60,944 nt of DNA from the IMG/VR virus record IMGVR_UViG_3300044699_000154, positions 1-60,944 of that record, one strand, 5' to 3'. The translations under genes and the position numbers were made by a program. Below the pieces are notes generated by a model. The model saw nothing but the letters and a program-made list of their open reading frames with translations, did not search any database and had not been told where the DNA came from. Of the stretch, positions 51,911-60,810 are shown one piece after another; the first letter of the stretch is position 1, and every line of letters starts with the position of its first letter. Source of the stretch: a virus. Taxonomy: Duplodnaviria > Caudoviricetes.

Positions 51911-52456
51911 TCATCGCGTCACACCGCCGCCGCCGACGCCGACGCTGATCGTCTGGATCGTGCCGCCGTTGACGACCTCCGCGTCGGCCGCCACCCCGAA
52001 GATCCTCGCGGTCTCGACGCCGCGGCAGCCGCGGCACAAGCCGTCCCGGTCGTCGGGCACGGCGGGCGGGGTCTCCAGGATCGCCGCGTCGGCGTGGTTC
52101 GGGCACGCCGTGGCGTGGACGCCGTGCAGCAGCGTCCACATGACCGCGTCGCCGAGCGCGTCGTCCTCGGAGGCGCGTGCGAGCGCCTCGCCCCAGTCGG
52201 CGGCGAGCAGCGCGGCGGCGCCGAGCTCCTCGCCGCCCAGGTGTTCGCGGTCGGCGAACGCGGGGTGCCACGAGGAGTGCGCGGCGGCGCGGGCGACGGC
52301 GTCTCCGTGGGCGAGCAGGGCGGCGGCGGCCTCGGCGGTCACCTCGATCCCGGTCTGCTCCAGCTCGCACGTAAGCCGGCCCAGGGATCGCAGCAGTGCG
52401 ACGCGTTCGGCGCGATCTCGTATGCTGAGTTCCGGTGAGTGGTTCTGGCAGGGCAT
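51911..52456 (-). CDS. Hypothetical protein with Cys motifs
   Basis: GAGG RBS; CPNH...CRGC. Confidence 0.55.
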   Translation of the reverse strand: MPCQNHSPELSIRDRAERVALLRSLGRLTCELEQTGIEVTAEAAAALLAHGDAVARAAAHSSWHPAFADREHLGGEELGAAALLAADWGEALARASEDDALGDAVMWTLLHGVHATACPNHADAAILETPPAVPDDRDGLCRGCRGVETARIFGVAADAEVVNGGTIQTISVGVGGGGVTR

Positions 52457-53010
52457 CTGCCGTTCCTCTCTGTCGGTCGCCCCGTCGCTGTGCCGCGGCG
52501 GGGCGCCGTCGTCTCGGGTCGTGGTCTCAGGCGGCTCTGTCCGCGGGGCGTTCGGTCGCCTCGCGGAGGATGTGGGCGACGGCTGTGCGCAGGTGTTCGC
52601 GCCAGCCGCCGCGGGCGTAGAAGGTGCTCAGGTCGCGGATCATGGCGGCCCGCCCGGGGTGGCCGGGCGGGGTGGCCTCGTCGATGAGGCGTCGGACCGG
52701 TTCGGGGATGAGGTCGAGGTCGGGTTCCCCGGCGGCGGTCACGGGGTGGTTCCCGCGTCCAACTGCTCCGCGGCGCGCAGGGCGACATCCAGTGCCGTGT
52801 TCAGCGACACCCGCGGCGGGATCTGCGTCAGGTGGAAGGCCAGGCAGGCCACCACCCGGCTGATCACGGTCCGGTCGACGTCGGGGAGCCCGGCGAACAG
52901 TTCGCGTGCGAGCTCCTCGGCGAGTTCGTCGGCGAGTGTGCCGACGGCGGATCCGTCGCCCCGCCGCGCCCGCCGGACGGTTCGGATCACCGTGGCGTGG
53001 TCGTAGGCGC

Positions 53011-53292
53011 TCACGAGGCGATCCGGTCGGCGCCGCCCTGCATCCAGCACTCCAGGTCCGCGAGCTTGATCGCGACACGGGAGTGCGACGACCATCCGCG
53101 CCTGTCCGTCGAGTCCGGGTCGCGTCTATGGTGCTTGAGCCCCGTGCCGGGCTGGCGCCGCTCGGCCCGCATGGCGCGCTCGATCGTGCTGCGGGACCTC
53201 TTGGAGTGCCCGGCCGCCTCGTCGATGGTGAGCCAGATGTGCACGGGCGGCGCGGCGGGCGTGGTCGTCTCGATTGTCGTCGCTCTCGCCAT
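53011..53292 (-). CDS. Cro/excisionase-like HTH protein
   Basis: WLTIDEAAGHSKRSRSTIERAM...IKLADLECW; first gene of the leftward early operon. Confidence 0.75.
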   Translation of the reverse strand: MARATTIETTTPAAPPVHIWLTIDEAAGHSKRSRSTIERAMRAERRQPGTGLKHHRRDPDSTDRRGWSSHSRVAIKLADLECWMQGGADRIAS

Positions 53293-53420
53293 GGCCGCAT
53301 CATCTGGCATGATCCGTCATCATGTCAAGTCCACTCTGCCGGATCATGTGGGATCGTGACTCCCGGTAATGGCAAGTTAGCCAGCCGCCGTGCGGCGGCG
53401 CGACGGATCGTGGCACGATG
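53293..53420. promoter_or_regulatory. Genetic-switch region with divergent promoters and operator-like repeats
   Basis: TTGACA on minus strand (53323-53328); inverted CATGATCCG (53308) / CGGATCATG (53340); further GGATCGTG copies at 53351 and 53405. Confidence 0.65.
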
Positions 53421-53482
53421 CACCCGTGCGCACCCGCCAGAGGCCCACGGAGGCCTTCGGCGTACCCGCACACGGCCCCGGG

Positions 53483-53908
53483 ATGACCAGCCCCGAGGAG
53501 AGTCGGCGCCTCTTCCCGTTCGTGGACGAGCGCCGCCGGTTCCTCGGCCTCAGCATCGACCGGTCGCCGACGTCCGCGACCTTCGGCAAACTCCAGCGCG
53601 GACGCCCGATACAGCGCACCACCCTGGACAACATCGACAAGCGGTTCGTCGGTCCCGGGGGCGTCCCGGACGGGCTGTGGCCGCCCGGCACGGCCCACTG
53701 GCTCGCCACCGGGCAGATCGACCGGCCCGGACGGCGGCCGGAGGACATGGGCGCACCGGCCGTCGGCGCGGACACGCTGAAAGGCCTGTACGCACTCAAC
53801 GACCGGATCATGTCCGCGTTGCCGCACGCCTCGGCGGAACGGGCCGAACGCGCCCGGCGCGGCCTCGAGGCGGCCTGGGCGGCGCTGGACGAACGGCAGG
53901 GACGGTAG
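53483..53908 (+). CDS. Putative immunity repressor (divergent XRE-like HTH)
   Basis: Divergent from the Cro-like gene; VDERRRFLGLS...PTSATFGKLQRG...RTTLDNID...WPPG pattern. Confidence 0.6.
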   Translation: MTSPEESRRLFPFVDERRRFLGLSIDRSPTSATFGKLQRGRPIQRTTLDNIDKRFVGPGGVPDGLWPPGTAHWLATGQIDRPGRRPEDMGAPAVGADTLKGLYALNDRIMSALPHASAERAERARRGLEAAWAALDERQGR

Positions 53909-54220
53909 GGGCGCGGGTCAGACGCGGACGCCGTGCAGGACGTACAGGTCCCAGGCCGCCCGTTCGGCCGCCGTGACCACGATCTCGTGCCGGGCCGGGT
54001 CGAGGGTCGGGTCGACTGCGAGCCGCCGGGCGGCGAGGAGTCGGCGCATCAAGGCGCCGGGATCCCGGCCGTCCCCGTCGCGCCGCGCCCGCGCCACGGC
54101 CGCGTCACGCTGCACGAACACCCCACCTAGGGCCGGGGACGACCACCTCGGGCGGCGGGCGTCCTCGGCTATAGTCCGGCTATTTCCCCATCGCTATCAC
54201 AAGATGGGGAGAGCTGTCCC

Positions 54221-54463
54221 ATGGGGCTGATCAGACAGATCGACTACGACGCCGAACTCCCGGAAGACGCCGAAGGGGGAGTCTGGACGCGCTGCGGCGC
54301 GTGCCACGCGGGGCTCGACACGCCGGCGGTGTGCGCGGAACACCCCGGGTCGGGGGTCGACGTCCGCATCCTGACCGCCGCGCGGCTGACGCCCGAACGG
54401 CGTGCGGCCGTGGAGGTGCTGCTCCTCGGGCAGGTGTGGGCCGACGACCCGGTCGAGGCCTGA
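54221..54463 (+). CDS. Small Zn-finger-like protein
   Basis: CGAC...CAEH; GGAGA RBS. Confidence 0.6.
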   Translation: MGLIRQIDYDAELPEDAEGGVWTRCGACHAGLDTPAVCAEHPGSGVDVRILTAARLTPERRAAVEVLLLGQVWADDPVEA

Positions 54464-54763
54464 CGCGCCCGGCGCTACTGCGGCACGCGGAACGCGCGTG
54501 CGGCTGCACGGGCGTCCGCCGGTGCGGGTGACCTGATCCTGCCGGCATCCCGGCGCCGCGGGCTCCCCCCTCCGGCCAAGAAGATCGGGAGCCTGCGGCG
54601 CAGGGAATGTCGCTGTGCAGCCAAGCGCCTTCAGCGTACATGCCGGGCTTCAGTCGCCGACCCCGCGCGCCGCGGCTGGTGACAGGGGCGGGTGTCGTGG
54701 GGCATCCTCGTCACACGACGGATTCTGGGGGATCATGATGTACGGACACCGGATGGAGCCCAT

Positions 54764-55747
54764 GTGCTGCACAGACGCGCCCTTATGTACGGGGCGGGCG
54801 GCGCCGTGACCGCCGCCCTGCTGCCGTCGGCGGCCGGCGGCGAGCTCGACCGCCTGGCGGCCGACTTCGCCGAGGCGCTCGCCGCCCTGCCGCGCGTGAA
54901 GGTCGGGGCGAGTTCGCGGGCGGTCGCCGCCGTCCACCACGGGCTCCTAGACCTGGCGGACGGGGCGAAGCTCGGCCCCGCCCAGCGTGCCGCGGCGGCG
55001 TCGCTGACGGCCAGGGTCACCACGGCCCGGTCCGACGTCGCCAGGCTCGCCGGCCACGGGGACAGCGCCGACGCCGTGGCCGCGGCGGCGGCGCGGATGG
55101 TGGGTGCCGCGGACGATCCGGTGGCAGCGGGGACGCTTGCCGCGGTCCGCGCCGTCACGGCGATCGAAGCCGACCGGGCAGATCGGGCGGCGGCCCATGT
55201 GGACGAGGGGCTGGCGGTCTGCCCGTCCGGGCCGAGGGTGGTCTCTCTGACCGCGTTGCGCGCCCACGTGCTCGGGCTGTCGGGCGCGGCGCCCCGCGAC
55301 GTCGAGGCGGCGGCGGAGGCTGCGGTGGACGCCGCGGCCGACCTGCGCCCGGACGAGCGCGGCACGGTGGTCGGCCTCAGCTTCGACACCTACCATCCGA
55401 TCCGCGCGGCGGACCGTGCGCACAGCGCCCTGCTGGCCGCCGGCCTGATCGCCGAGTCCGAGCCGTACGCCGCCCTGATCCTGCCGGGGTTCGACGCGAT
55501 GGGGCTGCCCGGGTTCGCGAGCCACGCCCGGTTCGAGCGGGCGCTGGCGCTGGTGCGCGTGAACGGCGCGGCCGGCGTCGAGGAGTCCTGTGCGCTGGTC
55601 GCCGAGGCGGTCGGGATCTCGGCGGACCGGCGGACCGGCGCCCTGCTCGACCTGGCGGGCGGCTGGCTGGCCGCCGTGCGGCCGTTCTGGAAGGGCGCGG
55701 AGGTCGCGGAGACGGCACAGGCGGTCCGGCTGTGGCGGGCGGGGTGA
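54764..55747 (+). CDS. All-helical TPR-like protein resembling the C-terminal domain of actinobacterial XRE regulators, without an HTH
   Basis: HRRALMYGAGGAVTAALL N-terminus; Ala-rich helical repeats; SFDTYHP motif. Confidence 0.7.
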   Translation: MLHRRALMYGAGGAVTAALLPSAAGGELDRLAADFAEALAALPRVKVGASSRAVAAVHHGLLDLADGAKLGPAQRAAAASLTARVTTARSDVARLAGHGDSADAVAAAAARMVGAADDPVAAGTLAAVRAVTAIEADRADRAAAHVDEGLAVCPSGPRVVSLTALRAHVLGLSGAAPRDVEAAAEAAVDAAADLRPDERGTVVGLSFDTYHPIRAADRAHSALLAAGLIAESEPYAALILPGFDAMGLPGFASHARFERALALVRVNGAAGVEESCALVAEAVGISADRRTGALLDLAGGWLAAVRPFWKGAEVAETAQAVRLWRAG

Positions 55748-55769
55748 GCGGCGGCCCGAAGTCGGCGCG

Positions 55770-56141
55770 GTGAACGCGGCGGGCCGGTTACTCCTGCTGG
55801 CTGCGGGATTCCTGCTCGCCGCATGCGGCGGCGGCCTGTCGGACGGCGACCGCACAGCATGCGACCTGGGGCACGCCACACAGACGGCGCTGGACAGGGC
55901 CACCCGGGTCGAGGGCAGCGAAAGCCTGCGGGAGGAGAACGCCGAGACGGGCCGGCGGGCGTGGGACGCCGCCAGGGGGGCGGCGGCGCTGTCCGACGAC
56001 GACCGGCTGAGCTCGTCGGCCGCCTACTGGGGCGACTACTCGTCCCCGCTCATCGAGCGGGACGTCGGCGAACTGTTGGAATGGTGCCGCACCCACGGGT
56101 GGGAACCGCCGACGAGCGAATCGAACGGGGAGCGTCTGTAA
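55770..56141 (+). CDS. Lipoprotein
   Basis: MNAAGRLLLLAAGFLLAAC: signal peptide with LAAC lipobox. Confidence 0.75.
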   Translation: MNAAGRLLLLAAGFLLAACGGGLSDGDRTACDLGHATQTALDRATRVEGSESLREENAETGRRAWDAARGAAALSDDDRLSSSAAYWGDYSSPLIERDVGELLEWCRTHGWEPPTSESNGERL

Positions 56142-56152
56142 AATTCCCAACC

Positions 56153-56341
56153 GTGAACGTCTTCAGCGCCGCCGTCCTCGCCGCGGCACTCACCCTGATA
56201 GCGATCGGCGCGTTGCAGGCATTCGGGGTGACCACGCTGGACGACGGCGACATGCTCGCCGCCGGGTTCATCCTGCTCGGCACGGTCGCGGCGGCGGGCG
56301 CGCTCCCCGGGTCCGGCCCGTCGTGGCCGCGCCGCGGGTGA
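56153..56341 (+). CDS. Small two-TM membrane protein
   Basis: Two hydrophobic segments separated by TTLDDGD. Confidence 0.6.
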   Translation: MNVFSAAVLAAALTLIAIGALQAFGVTTLDDGDMLAAGFILLGTVAAAGALPGSGPSWPRRG

Positions 56342-56372
56342 ACGCCGCACCGTGACGGAGCGCCACTCGGAT

Positions 56373-56506
56373 GGGTGGGGCGGCTCCGCCGCAAACGAAG
56401 CCGCCTCCGGTACGCACCCCTCTGGCGAAGTAAGCGAGCACCAGTTGCCGACGCCAACATGCGAGCGCGAAAACGTTGGACGCCAGGGGAGAGCGTACAA
56501 CCACCC
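56373..56506 (+). ncRNA. Candidate structured RNA (unassigned)
   Basis: Nested pairings GGGTGG/CCACCC, GGCGGCT/AGCCGCC, GTACGC/GCGTAC, CTGGCG/CGCCAG, CCAAC/GTTGG in a non-coding gap. Confidence 0.4.
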
Positions 56507-56545
56507 GCGGAAACGGCGCCCGCGTCCCCCGCGCGGGGGAGGCCT

Positions 56546-58102
56546 TCAACGCCAGCGGATCTCCGCCCGGGAAGGGTCGAACGGGGCGCCGCGCCGGGAC
56601 TGCGGCCCCACCACCACCGCGTCCACCACCGCCCGCGCGAACATCCGCCGCCGCAGATGGTCCATCTCGTCCCACAGCCGGCCGTCCGCCACCGCCGCGG
56701 GCGACGGCCGGTCCCGGCCCGTCAGCCGCGCCTCGAGCACGTCGCGCCGCTCGGCCAGCCCGGAGCGCAGCTCCGCGTACTCGTCCATCGACATCCGCCG
56801 CGGACCCTCGGTAGCCCGCCACCGCTGCGCCAGCACCGTCAGATCCGCCTCGATCCTCGCCAGCTCGGCCGCCTCCGCGTCGCGCCCGGCACCCGCGGCC
56901 CCGCCCGCCCCGGCCAGCGCCGCCGGATCCGCCGCCAGCGCCCGCAGCCGGGCCGAGAGGTGGGCGTCCAGGTCCGCCACCCGCACCCACGTCCCCCCGC
57001 ACCCCCCGTACGGCCTGCCGCGGCGGCAGTAGTAGGCCGCCGGGTAGGACACCCGGACCCGCCGGCCGCCGTCCCGCGCGCGCTCCCCCTCCCACGGCGA
57101 GTGCACCGCCAGCCTCGCCCCGCAGCCCTCCCGGCCGCACACCGCCAGCCCGGAGCACAGGTACACCCGCTCCGGGTGCCTGGGCCGGCGCCCGCCGCGC
57201 GCCGTCATCGCCGCCTGTAGTTGCCGCCACGTCTCCTCATCCAGGATCGGATCCCAGTCCGCCTTTCCGACGATCTGCCCCCTGTGCGCCCGCAGCCCGG
57301 CTATCCGCGGGGAGCGCAGGATGTCGCGCAGCGTGGTGGCCTCCCACCTGCCGCCGCGGACGGTCGGCACGCCCCGTGCCGCCAGGTCCTCGGCGACCGC
57401 GTTGAGCGCCTCGCCGGCCAGGACGCGCCGCGCGGCCTCCCGGACGATCTGCGCCTCGCCCTCGACGACCCGCCGCTTGTCGACGATCTCCCGGCCTGCC
57501 GCGTCGAGCACGCCGGTCGGCACCCCGTAGCCGTAGCCGCGGCGACCCACCGCCGGGCGGCCCTTCTCGGCGGCGTCCCGCAGCGCGGCCCGGACCCGGC
57601 GGGATGTGTCCTGACTGCTCGAGTCGGCGTGGATGATCTCGTACCAGAGCGCGCGCCGGTCGTTCGGGTCGTTGAGGTCGCGCCGCCCGCCCCCGTAGGA
57701 GTGGATGGTCAGCCCGGCGTCGGCGGCCCTGATCAGTCTGAGGAGGTCGTCGGGCCGACGCATCAGCCGGTCCACGTGCCAGATGACCACCCCCCGGATC
57801 AGCCGGTCCCCGACGCGGCCGAGCAGCCTCTCCCACCCGGGGCGGACCACGCCCTCCTGCCAGGCGGAGACGTCGTCGTCGAGGTGGACCTCGCCGATGT
57901 CGAGACCCATCCGCCCGGCCATGGCCTTGCAGTCGCCCACCTGGCGGTCCGTGCTCTCCTTCTGGCCCTGGGCGTTGTAGCTGAGCCGGGCGTAGACGTC
58001 GTACACGTCCGGCGGCGGGGGCGCCCCGTCCGCGGCGGCGGCGCCCTGCCCGCGCCACCACGCATAGCGGCCTCTGATCGTCTCGTCGTCCACCCTGGAC
58101 AC
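56546..58102 (-). CDS. Large serine integrase
   Basis: YARLS catalytic motif, DDDVSA, RPGWERLL, VDRLMR, recombinase domain, Zn ribbon (YLCSGLAVCG..C...YYC...C), coiled coil. Confidence 0.95.
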   Translation of the reverse strand: MSRVDDETIRGRYAWWRGQGAAAADGAPPPPDVYDVYARLSYNAQGQKESTDRQVGDCKAMAGRMGLDIGEVHLDDDVSAWQEGVVRPGWERLLGRVGDRLIRGVVIWHVDRLMRRPDDLLRLIRAADAGLTIHSYGGGRRDLNDPNDRRALWYEIIHADSSSQDTSRRVRAALRDAAEKGRPAVGRRGYGYGVPTGVLDAAGREIVDKRRVVEGEAQIVREAARRVLAGEALNAVAEDLAARGVPTVRGGRWEATTLRDILRSPRIAGLRAHRGQIVGKADWDPILDEETWRQLQAAMTARGGRRPRHPERVYLCSGLAVCGREGCGARLAVHSPWEGERARDGGRRVRVSYPAAYYCRRGRPYGGCGGTWVRVADLDAHLSARLRALAADPAALAGAGGAAGAGRDAEAAELARIEADLTVLAQRWRATEGPRRMSMDEYAELRSGLAERRDVLEARLTGRDRPSPAAVADGRLWDEMDHLRRRMFARAVVDAVVVGPQSRRGAPFDPSRAEIRWR

Positions 58103-58108
58103 CCTAGT

Positions 58109-58156
58109 CAGGTGCGTGTATAAGTACCAGCGTGCTGATGTTTACGTCGGCACCTG
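58109..58156. other. attP-like site for the serine integrase
   Basis: 48 bp, two 23-bp imperfect inverted arms (15/23 matching: CAGGTGC-N5-TAA-N2-A-N-CAGC) around a central GT (58132-58133), 6 bp upstream of the integrase start. Confidence 0.8.
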
Positions 58157-58241
58157 CCGGTTCGCGGGACGGGGACGATCCGAAACCGTGCCGCTCCACC
58201 GCGTACTCCGTCGGCGCCCGCGCGACGCCCGGGAGGGGAAC

Positions 58242-58394
58242 ATGACCACCACCGCACCCACCGCCACCGACGTACTCGCCGCGCGCCTGCACGCGCCCGC
58301 CGACATCGCCGAGCAGGTCGGCGCCGGGCAAACCGACCCCGGCGCCGCCTTTGAGGCGCACCGGCTCCACGGCGCCCGCGAGGAGGTGGCCTGA
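58242..58394 (+). CDS. Small hypothetical protein
   Basis: GGGAGG RBS; stop overlaps the WhiB start. Confidence 0.55.
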   Translation: MTTTAPTATDVLAARLHAPADIAEQVGAGQTDPGAAFEAHRLHGAREEVA

Positions 58395-58762
58395 TGGCCG
58401 CCGGGGTGCCCCTCATGCCGGGGACGGACCGGCCGGAACCGGCACAGCTGTTCGGCTGGGAGCCGCGCGGCGCGTGCCGGGACCTGCCCGCGGACACCTT
58501 TTTCCCGCCGGACGGGCGAAACAGCAAGGCCCGCGAGGCCTGGGAGGACGCCGCGCGGCGGGTGTGCGTCGGCGCCCCGCCGTGCCCGGTCCGACGGGAG
58601 TGCCTGGCGACCGCGCTGTACAGGCGCGAGGCCTATGGGCTGTGGGGTGGGCTCACGGTCCACGAGCGGGGACGGCTCGCACCGCGCGGGCGACTCTCGG
58701 AGGAGGAGGCACTCATGGTCGCGGACAGGGTCCTGGCGCGGGAGGCCCGGCATGGCCGATGA
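58394..58762 (+). CDS. whiB-like: WhiB-family Fe-S transcription factor
   Basis: GAC...FFP...ARRVC...CPVRREC...GLWGGLT..ER: four Cys plus the G[LV]WGG turn. Confidence 0.92.
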   Translation: MAAGVPLMPGTDRPEPAQLFGWEPRGACRDLPADTFFPPDGRNSKAREAWEDAARRVCVGAPPCPVRRECLATALYRREAYGLWGGLTVHERGRLAPRGRLSEEEALMVADRVLAREARHGR

Positions 58763-58989
58763 CCGGACCCGCGAACTGCACGCCGGATGGGAGTGGGACT
58801 ACCCCACGCCGCGGATCCCCGTCGCCGACGACGTTCCGATGCCGCCGGACGGCCCCGGAGCCGGAACGGCGCCGTCCGCGCCTGCGGCAGTGGCGTTGGC
58901 TGGTTCCCGCCGTGCTGTCCGCATTGGTGCTGTTCGGCGTGTCCGCGGGCTATGTGGCGCAGACCGCCGCCAACGGGGGGTGCTGGTGA
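58752..58989 (+). CDS. Small single-TM membrane protein (one indel)
   Basis: MADDRTRELH... joins RRRPRLRQWRWLVPAVLSALVLFGVSAGYVA. Confidence 0.5.
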
Positions 58990-59476
58990 CTACCGCCGCC
59001 GAGACGGACACCTCCCGCGCCGCCGCCGACCTGCGCACCCACATCGCAGGCCTGCGCCACGCGACGATGACCGCCGAACTCGCCCTGCGCGAACTCGCCG
59101 GGGGGGACGGGCGACGACGTGGACCCCGTCGGCAGGCTGCTCGCCGGAAACCCCGGCGCCGCCCGGGACCTGCGGGACCGGGTGCTCGGCCCCGTCCTGA
59201 CCATGGAGGACCCGGTCAGCCGGGAGACGCTGACGCGGACGCTGGCGGCGTGGGTGGACGCCGGGTACAGCGCCGGCGCCGCGGCGTCGGCGGTCTTCTG
59301 CGACCGGAACACGGTGTACAACCACCTGGGCCGGATAGAGCGGCTCACGGGTTACGACAGGAAACCGCGACGTCGCGATGATCACCCTCGCCGTCCGGGC
59401 CTGGCGGCTCCTGGGCGGGACGGGGACGACGGCCGACCGCCGGCCGGAAGACCACGCCCGGGCCACCGGCCCGTAA
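58986..59476 (+). CDS. PucR C-terminal HTH protein (indels, one at the G-run ~59100)
   Basis: VLGPVL...LTRTLAAWVDAGYSAGAAASAVFCDRNTVYNHLGRIERLTGYD. Confidence 0.8.
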
Positions 59477-59594
59477 CCCCATTTGCCTACGAAGAGAAGC
59501 CGTCCGGCGCTACGGTGCGCCGGAACCGTCCACCCTCCGAACGACCCGAACGGGGGGCAGAAATGCCCGCGAGAATGAGACAGGATCTGAAGCC

Positions 59595-60590
59595 GTGGAC
59601 CCGCCGCACCCGTCCCGCCGCATCCTCCTCTCCGGCGTCGCCGCGCTGCCGCTGGCAGGTGGCGCCATGAGCTCCGAAGCGGTCCGCCCGATGCAGACGA
59701 CCACAGTCGAGATCTCCTCGATCCGGCGGACCCTGGCGGCGGTCGCCGCGGGCTGGGGCGAATGGGGGCCGCGCAAAGTCGCGGCCACGCTGGACACCGC
59801 GGAAGGCATTCTGACCCGCGTCCGGGCGGCGGAGGGCTCGAATCGAAGACCGCCCGCGACTGCACGGCCCTGCACGCCAGGCTCCTGGTCATGCGCGCCG
59901 AAGCCGACTGCGGGCTCGGCGACTACGCCGAGGCGGAGCGGCGGTGCGACGTCGCGACCCGGCTCGCCGACTCCGTCGGCGACCGGGCGACCGCCGGGCA
60001 GGCCCACGCGGTGACGTCGGTGGCCCGGCGGTGCGCGGGCCGGCCTCCCGGGGCGCTGATCGCCGCCCGGCGTGCGCGCTCGGCCGCAGGCGACTCGCCC
60101 GCCGGGGTGATGGCCCTGCTCGACGAGGCGCTCGCCTGCGCCGCCACGCCGGGCGCCGGCGCCCCGCACGCCGTCCTCGACGCGGTGGAGGCGGCCGAGG
60201 AGCTGCACGCCACCCTGGGCCATGACGTCTGGGGCGTGCCGGGCGGTTACCCGTTCGGCACCTACCACCGGGCGGACCTGCTGACCTACGGCGGGGCCGC
60301 CCTGGCCCGGGTCGGGATGTACGCCGCGGCGGCGGAGCGTCTGGACGAGGCCGCGGGGTCGTACCCGGCGGACAGCCTGGAGCTCTCGCGGGTGGCGCTG
60401 GAGCAGGCCCGCGTGGCGCTGGGCGTGGGCGAGCGGGACGCCGCCGCGGAGTTCGCGTCGGCCGCGGTGACCCAGGCGCAGCCCCGCCCGGCGGCGTGGG
60501 TGGCCGGATCGTCGGCGAGCTCGACCGGTCCTCCGGCGGCGCGATGGCCGACCTCGTCGCGCGGACGGCCGCGTGGAAGTTCGGTGCCTA
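59595..60590 (+). CDS. Second HTH-less TPR-like protein (indels at ~59840 and ~60507)
   Basis: SRRILLSGVAALPLAG N-terminus; helical repeats; PFGTYHR motif similar to SFDTYHP of 54764..55747. Confidence 0.7.
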
Positions 60591-60594
60591 GGAG

Positions 60595-60810
60595 GTGCCT
60601 AGGAAACGAGCCGGCGCCGCCTTCGGCCCGTACGAGGCCGTCGAGCAAGGCGCCCTGACCTGCCCGAACTGCCACGGCGGCGGGAAGATCGCAAAACCGG
60701 GTGCGGGCGCCAGCCTGACGAGCGACCAGCCCGAAAACCTCATCGACGACGACGCCCTCGACGACTGCCCCGAGTGCGGCGGGTCAGGGAAGGTGGCAGC
60801 GAAGAAATGA
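60595..60810 (+). CDS. Small DnaJ-type Zn-finger protein
   Basis: CPNCHGGG...CPECGGSG (CxxCxGxG twice); AGGAGG RBS. Confidence 0.75.
   Translation: MPRKRAGAAFGPYEAVEQGALTCPNCHGGGKIAKPGAGASLTSDQPENLIDDDALDDCPECGGSGKVAAKK

Noticed and set aside
56373-56506. tRNA or tmRNA at the integrase
   Set aside because: No TTC-containing T-loop, cloverleaf or CCA end; serine integrases do not need a tRNA target.
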